64,000 bases of DNA, from positions 1,551-65,550 of the forward strand of contig CALJKJ010000042.1 of the NCBI GenBank assembly GCA_937973685.1, read 5' to 3'. A model generated the notes under the pieces. It made no database searches. It was not told the DNA's origin and was given only the letters and a program-made list of their open reading frames with translations. Positions within the stretch are counted from its first letter, which is position 1. Each line of letters opens with the position of its first letter. Position numbers and translations under genes: made by a program. Shown here in pieces: positions 27,890 through 38,300 of this stretch. This DNA is from an uncultured Flavobacteriales bacterium. GTDB lineage: Bacteria; Bacteroidota; Bacteroidia; Flavobacteriales_D; Crocinitomicaceae.

Positions 27890-28003
27890 ATCCTTTAATC
27901 AAAATGTGGTACAAAGATACAAAACTTTTGTTGAAAATCAAGTTTTTGGAATATTTGTTTTAACTCCGCTGGAATTGTACTTTCGCTTTTCAAAAGAAAA
28001 TAA

Positions 28004-28855
28004 ATGGATTTTATTCGTATTCAAGCAAACGGACTATCAGCACGCATTCAATTAAAAGGTGCAGAATTGACTCATCTTGCAAGAGAAAATGGGGAAAATT
28101 TGATGTGGCGTGTTAATGACGCATTTTGGAATAGATGCGCGCCAGTATTATTCCCAATTGTTGGAAAATTAAAAAATGATACCTTCCATTGGAACAAGCA
28201 AACTTACCACATGAAACAACATGGGTTTGCTCGTGATAGTCAATTTGAAATTGTAGAGCAGTTTGCGCATAAAGTCGTTTTACAACTCATTGCAACGGAT
28301 GAAACCAAACTACAATTTCCGTTTGACTTTCGATTAACCATTACTTATGAATGCTCATCTACAGGACTTATAATCTCCCAAGAAGTTCACAATACCAACG
28401 AAAGTGATTTGCCTATTTCGTTTGGTGGACATCCAGGATTTCACTTAGCCGATTCTTTGGAGAACTATAAATTGGTTTTCCCAAATGCATTTACCGAAAA
28501 ACGTTGGTTGATAGAAAACGGACTTTATACAGATGAATTTGAGGTAATGAAGATTAACAAAGAGCTTCTGCTAAATAATGACTTGTTTGCATCTGATGCC
28601 ATCGTATTTAAAAATCCACCGTTTCAATCGGTTGATTTGGTGCATAAAACACGTGGTAAAATAGTTACAGTTTCTTGTGAAGATTGGGATGCAGTTGGAT
28701 TTTGGACGAAAAAAGATGCCCCATTCTTTTGTATTGAACCATGGTGGGGATGGGCCGATAAGAGCAATCAATCGGATGATTATCGGGAAAAAGAAGGGTT
28801 GTATTGGTTAAAAGCAAATGAACTTAAAACATTTACATATCGAATAAACGCATAA
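28004..28855 (+). CDS. Aldose 1-epimerase (galactose mutarotase-like) family protein
   Basis: GAELT, APVLFPIVG, QHGFARD, GGHPGF, FFCIEPW. Confidence 0.88.
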   Translation: MDFIRIQANGLSARIQLKGAELTHLARENGENLMWRVNDAFWNRCAPVLFPIVGKLKNDTFHWNKQTYHMKQHGFARDSQFEIVEQFAHKVVLQLIATDETKLQFPFDFRLTITYECSSTGLIISQEVHNTNESDLPISFGGHPGFHLADSLENYKLVFPNAFTEKRWLIENGLYTDEFEVMKINKELLLNNDLFASDAIVFKNPPFQSVDLVHKTRGKIVTVSCEDWDAVGFWTKKDAPFFCIEPWWGWADKSNQSDDYREKEGLYWLKANELKTFTYRINA

Positions 28856-28886
28856 AAAAAAGCTGTCTCAATAGAAACAGCTTTTT
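28856..28886. terminator. Bidirectional terminator between the epimerase gene and purD
   Basis: AAAAAGCTGTCT-caat-AGAAACAGCTTTTT, with one mismatch in the stem. Confidence 0.75.
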
Positions 28887-28904
28887 AATAAATTATTCAG
28901 TTAA

Positions 28905-30185
28905 TCAATTTTTCTTTACATCAAATCCGATGTCTTTTCTGTAATTAGCGTTTTCAAATTGAATCTTTTCAATTGATTTATATGATCTCTCTAATGCACT
29001 TTCTAGGTTTTTTCCATATGAAGTAACCGCTAAAACGCGTCCACCATTTGAAATAACAACTGGTCCGTCACTTGCTGTTCCTGCATGGAAAACAATACTT
29101 TCAGTTACATTATTAATGCCTTGAATCACTTTCCCTTTTTCATAAGCTTCTGGATAACCTCCAGCAACCATCATGACAGTACAAGCACTTCTATCTTCAA
29201 ATTGAACGTCACATTCTGATAATGTGTTTGTTGCAACTCCTTCTAATAAATCAAGCAAATCGGAACGTAATCGTGGCATAACAACTTCTGTTTCTGGATC
29301 ACCCATTCTGCAATTGTATTCAATTACAAAAGGCTCACCTTTCACATTGATTAAGCCAAAGAAAACAAATCCTTTGTACAAGATTTTATCTTGTTTTAAT
29401 CCTTTTATTGTTGGGATAATGATTTGATTTTCAATCTTATCCATGTATGTTTTATCGCAAAAAGGAACTGGAGAAACAGCACCCATTCCGCCTGTATTCA
29501 ATCCATTGTCACCTTCGCCAATGCGTTTGTAATCTTTTGCTTCAGGTAAAATTTTATACGAATCACCATCTGTTAACACAAAGACTGAACATTCAATTCC
29601 AGTTAAAAATTGTTCAATAACAACGCGTGAACTAGCTTCCCCAAATTTGGCGTCTGCTAGCATGTTTTTCAACTCCGCTTTTGCTTCTGCTAAATCAGTT
29701 AAAATTAATACGCCTTTTCCAGCTGCAAGACCATCTGCTTTTAATACATATGGCGCTTTCATGCTTTCTAGAAACGCGTACCCTTTTTCAAGTGTGTCTT
29801 TAGTAAACGTCGCGTATTTAGCTGTTGGAATTCCGTGACGCATCATAAAGGCTTTTGCAAAATCTTTGCTACCTTCTAATTGAGCCGCTTCTTTTGATGG
29901 TCCAATAACTGGAACGTTTTTTAATTGTTCATCAGCTAAAAAGAAATCATGAATACCCAAAACAAGTGGATCTTCAGGACCTACAACAACCATCGAAATA
30001 CTTTCTTTTAAAACAAATGCTTTGATTGCTTGAAAATCAGTTGCAGACATATCAACATTTGTACCATGTAAGCGTGTACCTGCATTTCCTGGCGCAATGA
30101 ACAACTGCTCTAAATGTGAACTTTGCGCTATTTTCCAAGACATAGCATGTTCGCGACCTCCAGAGCCTAATAAAAGAATACGCAT
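28905..30185 (-). CDS. purD: Phosphoribosylamine-glycine ligase
   Basis: GSGGREHA, EGSKDFAK, KADGLAAGKGV, NTGGMG, RMGDPE, GGRVL. Confidence 0.98.
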   Translation of the reverse strand: MRILLLGSGGREHAMSWKIAQSSHLEQLFIAPGNAGTRLHGTNVDMSATDFQAIKAFVLKESISMVVVGPEDPLVLGIHDFFLADEQLKNVPVIGPSKEAAQLEGSKDFAKAFMMRHGIPTAKYATFTKDTLEKGYAFLESMKAPYVLKADGLAAGKGVLILTDLAEAKAELKNMLADAKFGEASSRVVIEQFLTGIECSVFVLTDGDSYKILPEAKDYKRIGEGDNGLNTGGMGAVSPVPFCDKTYMDKIENQIIIPTIKGLKQDKILYKGFVFFGLINVKGEPFVIEYNCRMGDPETEVVMPRLRSDLLDLLEGVATNTLSECDVQFEDRSACTVMMVAGGYPEAYEKGKVIQGINNVTESIVFHAGTASDGPVVISNGGRVLAVTSYGKNLESALERSYKSIEKIQFENANYRKDIGFDVKKN

Positions 30186-30186
30186 A

Positions 30187-30873
30187 TTAGCAGAATTTCA
30201 AAATAGATTCAAAAAAACGTTTCCCGTCTTGATTTGCCAAATTTGCGTCAGCAGCACGTTCTGGGTGAGGCATCATTCCAAACACATTTCGTTGTTTGTT
30301 GCAAATTCCAGCAATATTCAACAACGAACCGTTTGGATTGAATTCATCCGCAACTTCGCCATTTTCTGAACAATATTTAAATAATAGCTGATCGTTATCT
30401 AAAATAGACTTCATGGTTTCATCCGCAGCATAAAAACGCCCTTCACCATGAGCAATTGGAATTTTGTATGCTTTTTCCAAATCAAGTCCTTTTGTGATAG
30501 CCGTTTCAGCAGTAGCTGGTTTTAAGAACACATTTTTGCAGATAAACTTTTGAGTATTGTTGTGCAACAAAGCACCTTCCAACAAACCTGATTCGGTTAA
30601 GATTTGGAAACCATTACAAATTCCCATTACATAACCACCTTTGTTTGCATGATTGATGACTTCACCCATTATTGGGGACAATTTTGCAATTGCGCCAGAA
30701 CGCAAGTAATCTCCATAGGAAAATCCACCAGGTAAAATAACAAAATCAACACCTTTTAAATCAGTGTCTTTATGCCACAAACGTTCAACTTTTTGTCCCA
30801 TGATATTTTCCAAGACATATGCCATGTCTTCATCACAATTGGAACCAGGAAAGGTTACTACACCAAACTTCAT
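30187..30873 (-). CDS. purQ: FGAM synthase glutaminase subunit (small form)
   Basis: FPGSNC, GGFSYGDY, GICNGFQ, HGEG, MPHPER. Confidence 0.96.
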   Translation of the reverse strand: MKFGVVTFPGSNCDEDMAYVLENIMGQKVERLWHKDTDLKGVDFVILPGGFSYGDYLRSGAIAKLSPIMGEVINHANKGGYVMGICNGFQILTESGLLEGALLHNNTQKFICKNVFLKPATAETAITKGLDLEKAYKIPIAHGEGRFYAADETMKSILDNDQLLFKYCSENGEVADEFNPNGSLLNIAGICNKQRNVFGMMPHPERAADANLANQDGKRFFESILKFC

Positions 30874-30937
30874 CGCTATCTATTTTCGACACAAAATTCG
30901 TGTCATTATTTGAATGTTGGCAAAGTTAGTCAATCGT

Positions 30938-31915
30938 TTACAACAACCACTGCGAATGAAGGAAAAATTTAACAACAGCCAACAAAAAAGTAGCATAAAA
31001 AAACCAAGTCGCTACTTCCTTCCAAAACTTGTGAATAAAGGCAAATGTAAAGAAAAAAGACAGTGGAATAAATATCAAATTAAACCAGTCCAGTTGTTGA
31101 TAAAAAATTAAATCTGAGGCGCCCAATAGTACAGCTCCTACTAAAATCCAAAGCATAGCACTGTTTAATTTCTTGAACCTTACAGTACTTTTGATCAACC
31201 GTACACGAATACCAATAATACTCAATAAGAATAAGAAAAAAATAGCCAGTCCTGAAGCATAATATAACATTGATTCATACTGAACAGGTTGATTGGTCGC
31301 TTTTAAAACATTTAAATTGATTGAGTGACCTGAAAACCACCAAAACATCAACCCGTTGAAAATTGGGAATGCTGCGCCAATTAACAACATGACCCATTCT
31401 TTTAGAAAAAATGATTTCAAAGCCCACAAAGCAAAGGATAAAAAAAGAAGCAAAATTGCAGATTGAGGAAATACAACCACCCCAATACCTGCAAAGAATG
31501 CTGCATTGAAAGCTTGTTTACGGTTATCTTCGTTTGAACGCATTTGAAACAAAATTCGAATTACTTGTAACCAGCAAAAATGAACAATTAGTAAGGCGTC
31601 AAATTGATAAAATGAAAAACTAAACGACATCAATACCACATAAAACAACGCTGGTGCATAAGTGTTTCTATCCAAAAACTCGTGTTCATTAAACAACCGG
31701 TTCAATTGCAATGCGTTCAAACCTATTACCAATGCTGCAGGAATACCGGTCCACCAATCGTTAAATAAAGCTGTTTTACCGAGTAAGCCTAAGGAAATTT
31801 CTTGAAATGTTTGGTGAAAGTGAAAATACCCATTGAGTAATTGAAATAACGCAATGATTGGAATTAAAAAAATTAATACCAAGGGTTGGTTACTCAAAAA
31901 CGATCTCAACATCAT
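30938..31915 (-). CDS. Multi-pass membrane protein, DUF6427-like
   Basis: About 10 TM segments; near purD as in other Bacteroidota (family call from memory). Confidence 0.5.
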   Translation of the reverse strand: MMLRSFLSNQPLVLIFLIPIIALFQLLNGYFHFHQTFQEISLGLLGKTALFNDWWTGIPAALVIGLNALQLNRLFNEHEFLDRNTYAPALFYVVLMSFSFSFYQFDALLIVHFCWLQVIRILFQMRSNEDNRKQAFNAAFFAGIGVVVFPQSAILLLFLSFALWALKSFFLKEWVMLLIGAAFPIFNGLMFWWFSGHSINLNVLKATNQPVQYESMLYYASGLAIFFLFLLSIIGIRVRLIKSTVRFKKLNSAMLWILVGAVLLGASDLIFYQQLDWFNLIFIPLSFFFTFAFIHKFWKEVATWFFYATFLLAVVKFFLHSQWLL

Positions 31916-31952
31916 AGTGCGAATTTAGTGTTTTCTGAAAATTAAACAGGAA

Positions 31953-32393
31953 TTAAAAGAACAAACGCCCGTTAATCCATTCATCGTCTAACAACGCAGC
32001 TTGTTTTCTATAAAATGCTAATGCCGGTTCATTCCAAGCTAATACTTGCCAATCCATTCGTTTTACATTATTCGATTTGGCTGCTGAAACAACTGCATCG
32101 AAAAGTTGCTTGCCAATTCCATGTTGACGAAAAGTTGGTTGAACAAATAAATCTTCTAAATACAAACATTGTCCTTTCCAGGTGGAATACGCAAAATAAT
32201 ACAAGGCAAATCCGACAATTTCTCCTTGAATTTCTGCTACAATTGCATGACATATCTTTTTTTCGAATAAATCACGCTGCAAATTAGCGGCTGTATTGAT
32301 AACCTCATTTGGGGCTTTTTCATAAACTGCTAATGCATGGATTAACTCCAAAATTTTTACCTCATCTCCTTGTTGTGCTTCTCGAAGTCGCAT
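31953..32393 (-). CDS. GNAT acetyltransferase (SSAT-like)
   Basis: YSTWKGQCLYLEDLFV...RQHGIG, WNEPALAFY. Start at ATG 32393, 1 nt after the sprA stop. Confidence 0.9.
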   Translation of the reverse strand: MRLREAQQGDEVKILELIHALAVYEKAPNEVINTAANLQRDLFEKKICHAIVAEIQGEIVGFALYYFAYSTWKGQCLYLEDLFVQPTFRQHGIGKQLFDAVVSAAKSNNVKRMDWQVLAWNEPALAFYRKQAALLDDEWINGRLFF

Positions 32394-32394
32394 G

Positions 32395-35300
32395 TTATAA
32401 TCCACCTAAATTGAAGCGTAATTTAAATCCAGTACTCAAATTCCCAGTTGGATATGAAGTCCCTATTTTTGGAGTTGTAATCACTTGGTCGTAATAAAAT
32501 TGAAGGGTCAAATTAGTTCCCAAGTTGTAATCCAACGATGTTTTGATTGAAACAACTTTCTGACCGGCAGTTGCTTGATTTGTTCCTTCAATCACACGTC
32601 GAATAACAGTAACATTATCTCTGAACGTAAAGTCAAATCGGAAGTTTAATGGATTTTCAACTTTTCGGTTATTGATCTTAAATGGAAAACGAACTTTGGC
32701 AAATTTATATCCCGTTCCAATCACTATTTCATTACCTAGCACTTCCGTCAATTGATTGTTGTTTAATGACAAAGTTGACGAACGATCACGTTTGATTTCA
32801 AACTTGGTAATCAACCCTTGATTTTTAATTGTCCAAGTAGCATCTAAGCCGATTAAAGGTGAAAAACGCTCTGATATAGTAATGTTCTGAACATTATTAA
32901 ACGAAATAAAATTATCATTCAAATCGCGCGCTGTAGCATGACCGTTTGCATCTGATACAGCGTTCAAATTAGACATTACTCCAGACATACTCACTGATGA
33001 TGAATATGCATGGCGAACAACAAAATTCTTTACATATTTTTTCATGAACTCGAATTTTGAAAGTCCATTGTAATTAACCGTCCAGTTTGGTAAGGGTGCT
33101 GAATTGAATGGATTGATAGATCGATCGTTTACTTTTTTATTTGTGAAAGCGGATAAGAATGATCCAATCAACACTTCTTGTTGCGTTTGACCATATCCAT
33201 TTGCATAACCATTAATAATTCCAATTGAATTGGCGTTTTGAGCGCCCAAGTAAGCTGAAACTTCTTTGGTGTGGTCCCTCAAATAATTAAAGTTTGGAGA
33301 GTAATAATTGTCCTTACTCGATAACTTCTCAAAAGCACTTCCAATAGATATCGTTGAATAAGTTAACGATGACGTTTGCATTGAACTTTGTGATTCAAAA
33401 ACATTTGTCAATGGATTGAAACGGAAAAAGTCACTCGTGTTTTGTGTTAACGTTTTGTTCATTGATAAATCAATGGTGAAATCTTTGAATGGCTCTAACG
33501 TAGCACGGGCATTAAAAATTTGATTGTGAGTCAACGCGTGCTGGCGATTGATTGCTGGATTAGTTGTCAACCATCCGTTATCCGCAGCAGTTCTAGCAAA
33601 ATTGTAACCTGTTTGTTGCCCAGAAACCGAATACGATTGCTGACCAAATAAAAATCCACCTAGACCTTGGCTAAAGTTTGGATTGTAACCCAATATACTC
33701 GTTTCTTGATTATATCCTGGTAAAAGAGTTCCATCAGTTTGCGCATAAGTAGCAGATACAGTGCGAACAGACATGACTAATCGCCCTATAAATCCTACAA
33801 CAGGATTGAGTTTTTTCTCTAATCGCTCTTTGCGTTTTTGTTCCCTATCGAATTGTCGTTTTTTTCTTTCCCATTGACGCAATTCTTTTTTTGTCATTTC
33901 TTCAACTGGCTTCGGAGGTTTTAACTCCGCTTTTTGTTTCGGTTTATTTGCATCTTTCGGTTTGTCTTCTTGTTTGGAATCGGTGCCTAATTTTGAATCA
34001 GCTGCCTTTGCACGACCACTTTTTCCATCACCATTTATTTTCTTAAACAAAGGAACCTTGTTGTAAAAATTGGTGAAATTCATCTGTAATTGAGCGTTCA
34101 CTGTTCTGCTATTTTGCATCACATTTCCATACGATTCTTGACCAAGAGGTGCGCGTTGCCAATTATAAGTACCCGCATATTTCACATTTCCAGTTACCCA
34201 ATTAACAATTGGAATTTTGTCAAACGGCACATTATACGACAACGAATAATCGTGAGTGTAATCCATTGTTTTACCCAATGTACGCATCTGGTTCCAAACA
34301 GTATCTTTAAAAACACGATAACTTTCAGGATCGTTTTTTCTGTCTACAGCTCCATTTCCCTCGTCAAAAATGGCACGAGAAGTAGCGTTAAAAGTTGTTT
34401 TAAGATTTTTAGTGAAATCCCACCCGACTTTATATGTTCTGTTCCAATTAAAGTTTTTAACGTATACTGGTGTAAATTCAAAAGATGAATTGGTGTCAAT
34501 TGTGTTTCTCACCTGACGTTCGTTATAATTTCGCATCACGTCATTGGTAAACGAAATTGTTTTTGGCGTTAATGATAAATTCATGTCGCGAACAATAGCC
34601 CACCAAGGTTTGTCTTGCATGAATTTCACTTTCTTAAAAGGCTCTAACGGTTTCGTTGTGAAAGTATAGGCATATGCCAAATTTCCTTTCCATGTTTTAA
34701 CACGATCATATTTTGTGTTGAAGTCCCTGTGGAAGTTCTCTCCATAAGAATAACCTGCAGTCCAATTGGATATGCTATACATGTGTGCTTTTTTACCAGC
34801 TCCCAATTCTTTTCGAACCCCTTGAAAATTATACGAACGTCTTTCCGTAAAATCTTGTGAAATGCGCGCAACACTTCTTCTTGAATCGCTGTCGTATTGG
34901 TTCAAGCGAATATCTGGATTAAACGGGTCGTATTCCGGATTAATAACCCCAACCGAATATCCGTAAAAGAATGGAACCGTCACTTTTGCACGTGATCCAA
35001 AAAACTGTCCCAATTGAACTGTTGATTGGAAATCAAATCCGATTTTTTGATTACGCTGTCTTTCTTGAACACGACTATCAACTGCTCCCCAATTGACGCC
35101 AGAATAATTTCCAGACATGGTAACATTTGCAAAGTCAGCTGCCTGTAATTGCATCTGAGCAACAGCAGCAGAACCTCCATCATCAACAAAATCAGACAAG
35201 CGCAATTCATTCAACCAAACTTGAGCACATTTTGCTAATCCATCATCATTCCAAGGAGTTTGTGCTGATTTACTTGGGTTACGTACACCAATCATAATGG

Positions 35301-38300
35301 TGCGAATACCTTGTAAATTGGGACTTCCTTTCACTTTGATGCGACGGTCTGGATTTGCTGGATCTGTGATAAAATATTCCACATTAGTTGAAACACTCGA
35401 GCCAGATTGACCGATTAATTGATTGCGTTTCATTTTCAGATTCAATAAATCTTGAAACACAATTTCCATGTTATTCGCTTCCGGCCAAACAGCTTCTGGT
35501 GAAGAAGCAGAATGAGGAGTTAAATACAATGGCATTTCGTATTCGTAGTAATTGTCCGTGAAGTCAGTACCCAAACGTACAAAAACAGTCAAATCTTTGT
35601 CTGCCATTGTGTTGTTAACCTTCTCTTCACCGTGAACAAACATTTTTAATTTTTTGTACGTCCGCACATCAAACTGAACATTTCGATAAGCTGCTCTGGC
35701 ATCACCATCTTGTAACCCACAAACATCTAAAGTCAACGATTGCTCGTTCATTTGTCGCTGAACAGGTTGTGATGGATCGATTTCACGCGTTATTCCTGGT
35801 GGTATTTTATACCCAATTGGTAATTTTTCTGCGTTTTCCTCAAAATTGATCGCTCCGATGTTGAACAAGGTTAAATTTGGATCAACTTGAATATTTTCGC
35901 CAGGTTGCGTTAAATCATGCAGGTATTGCCGCCATTCTCCGCGAATAAATTCTAATTTGGCAAAACGCAATAGCACTTCTTCATCAAATCCTTTCAAATA
36001 CATCCGCATAAAACGAATTGAACGGAAATCACGAATGCCATTTACTACTCGTTCAGGAGTTCGTAAAGGAATTTTGAACTGATACCATTTTTCAACTTTC
36101 GTAGAACCCTCAGGTTGAAAAGTAACAACAGATGTAATAAAGTTTTTGCCAACAGCCATTTCTTGTGGCGTTAAACTGACTTTGTATTGGAAATACGCTT
36201 CTGACTCACTCAAATTATTATCTGAATTAATGTCCTCGTTATCCGGTAATTGGTTTGCACGTGTTGCATATTTATCCGCATTTAACGTGTCAGCGACTTC
36301 TTGAGGTGCTGAGTTTCCTTGTAAACCATTGTATTTTTTATAGCGCTGTAAAATGTTTAACTCTTGTTGATCGTAAACATCATCACGATAAAAATTATAA
36401 TCATCTGTTGAAGGGTCTGCTATCATCCTTGCCTTTGCAGCTGCAGATAAATTACTGTTTTGAACCCAATTTACATATTGAGCATATGCTGTTACTTCTT
36501 CTTGATTATTATAGCCATCCAACCCAACATCTTGTTTTACAAGTGACGTCGGTTCTAAATCAAATGCATTTACCACAATTTGTTGATCAGCTACTTTTGC
36601 CCAAGGGGTGTAATCAACTGGAAAATTTGCCCCAGCAAATGGAGGAATTCCACTTTCAATACTTTTACGTGAATCGGCTAACACATCTTCAGAAATGTTC
36701 CCCAAGTTGAAATACAAATCACCACCCGAATGACTACTGTTTGGGTTTTGGGCTTCTGCATCAGAGTTAAATGGATCTAATAACCAAAATTGGATATATT
36801 CAACATTTGCTTGCTCAAAATCATTGGTAGATAATGAGCGTTGAATGCCTCCCCAACGATCACGTGGATTTGTGAAAAGGCCTTCAATATCAACACCTGT
36901 TGTATCGTAATTGTACATTCCTCTTTCTGCAGGATAATATGCTACATCCAAGATTGGAAGAATCGGAATTGCACCGTATGTTAATTGAGTGTTTGGAAAA
37001 ATATCTGTTTGAGAAACCAATCGCATGCGACTATCTGATAACATTTCAGGATTGTCAATGATATGTTGTGGGGTATATCCATTTGACGCATAAAACAAGT
37101 TATCAACCGTATACCAAGCGATGCGCGATCGTTTGTAACCATTCGCAAGTGTTTTTAATTCACCTTCTGGAAATAAATTGTTTTGACCTTGAGGTGTGGA
37201 TGCAATTTTCCAAGCATTTTGAGTGCGTAAATCAATGGTACTTTGACTTCCTTCAAAATCGTCAACGTAGGAAATACCAACTTTTGAAATCGCTTTCGGT
37301 GTACCTGGAATTAAATGAGCAAATTCTCCTTTAAACGTGATAAACGACTTTTCCTTTGTTGAAATAACAGGTAATAAATCGACTAACTTTGTGACAAATG
37401 GCAATTCCGAACGGTAATTGATATCAAAACCTATTACATTATTTTTATAAGGTTCTGAACCGATATCTACTTTTTGGGTTACCGGTCGTTCCATCATTCG
37501 TAACCAAGTAGCACCAATGTTGAAGTCTTTATTAAAACGATAGTTGGCATGCGTACCAAGCATTGATTTGGACTGAAAACCAAATACCGAATTACTTTCA
37601 ATTGAAATTTTTATCGGTGTGTTTGACTCTAAGATTCCACTATTTAGGATTTTCACTCGTCCTAAGTTATAATCGACAGTGTAATCGACTCCTTCTTTTA
37701 ATGCAATTCCTCCAGCAGTCACTTTTACAGCGCCCTCGGGAACATTTAATGCATTTAATGGAATATCTGAAGAAACAGAAGATTGGTATTCCCCTTTTAT
37801 AACAAAGCGGTTTTTTGAAGGAATTTGTTGCGCTGCAGTTTTGGTTGAATCATATAATTCAGTGTAAGCTGTGCGATCAATGATCAAATCGGGAACACCT
37901 GCTGTTTGCATTTTTGTTTTTAGCGTTTGACCAAAGGGCTCAATCGTAGAAAAGAATACACGTCCATTTTTGGTGTTAATCGTTCCACCCGTTTCAGCAC
38001 GTTGACCATTATAAATAACTGGAACAAAATCAAAAGTACCATCCGAAAATGCTTGATTATTTACATTGTATCGGTCCATGTCCAAGATCGTAATCAATTG
38101 GTCTGTTCCTAATAAATCATTTGGGAAAATAGGCGCTAACACACTGGTATTTGGATCGTTATAAAACACATTTAGTCTGAATCCGTTTTTATCCACTTGG
38201 TAAGCTCCCATTGAATAAACGTTTTTCATCATCAAATCCCAAATCTTCAATGTTGGATTGGTGATAGTTGGTTTTATCAATTTCAAAATCAATGCATCTT

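Noticed and set aside
32394-32405. Apparent overlap of the GNAT ORF with the sprA end
   Set aside because: Artefact of an upstream GTG; the ATG at 32393 removes the overlap. The same applies to the extended starts at 1206, 11901, 16324, 20628, 49349 and 49380.
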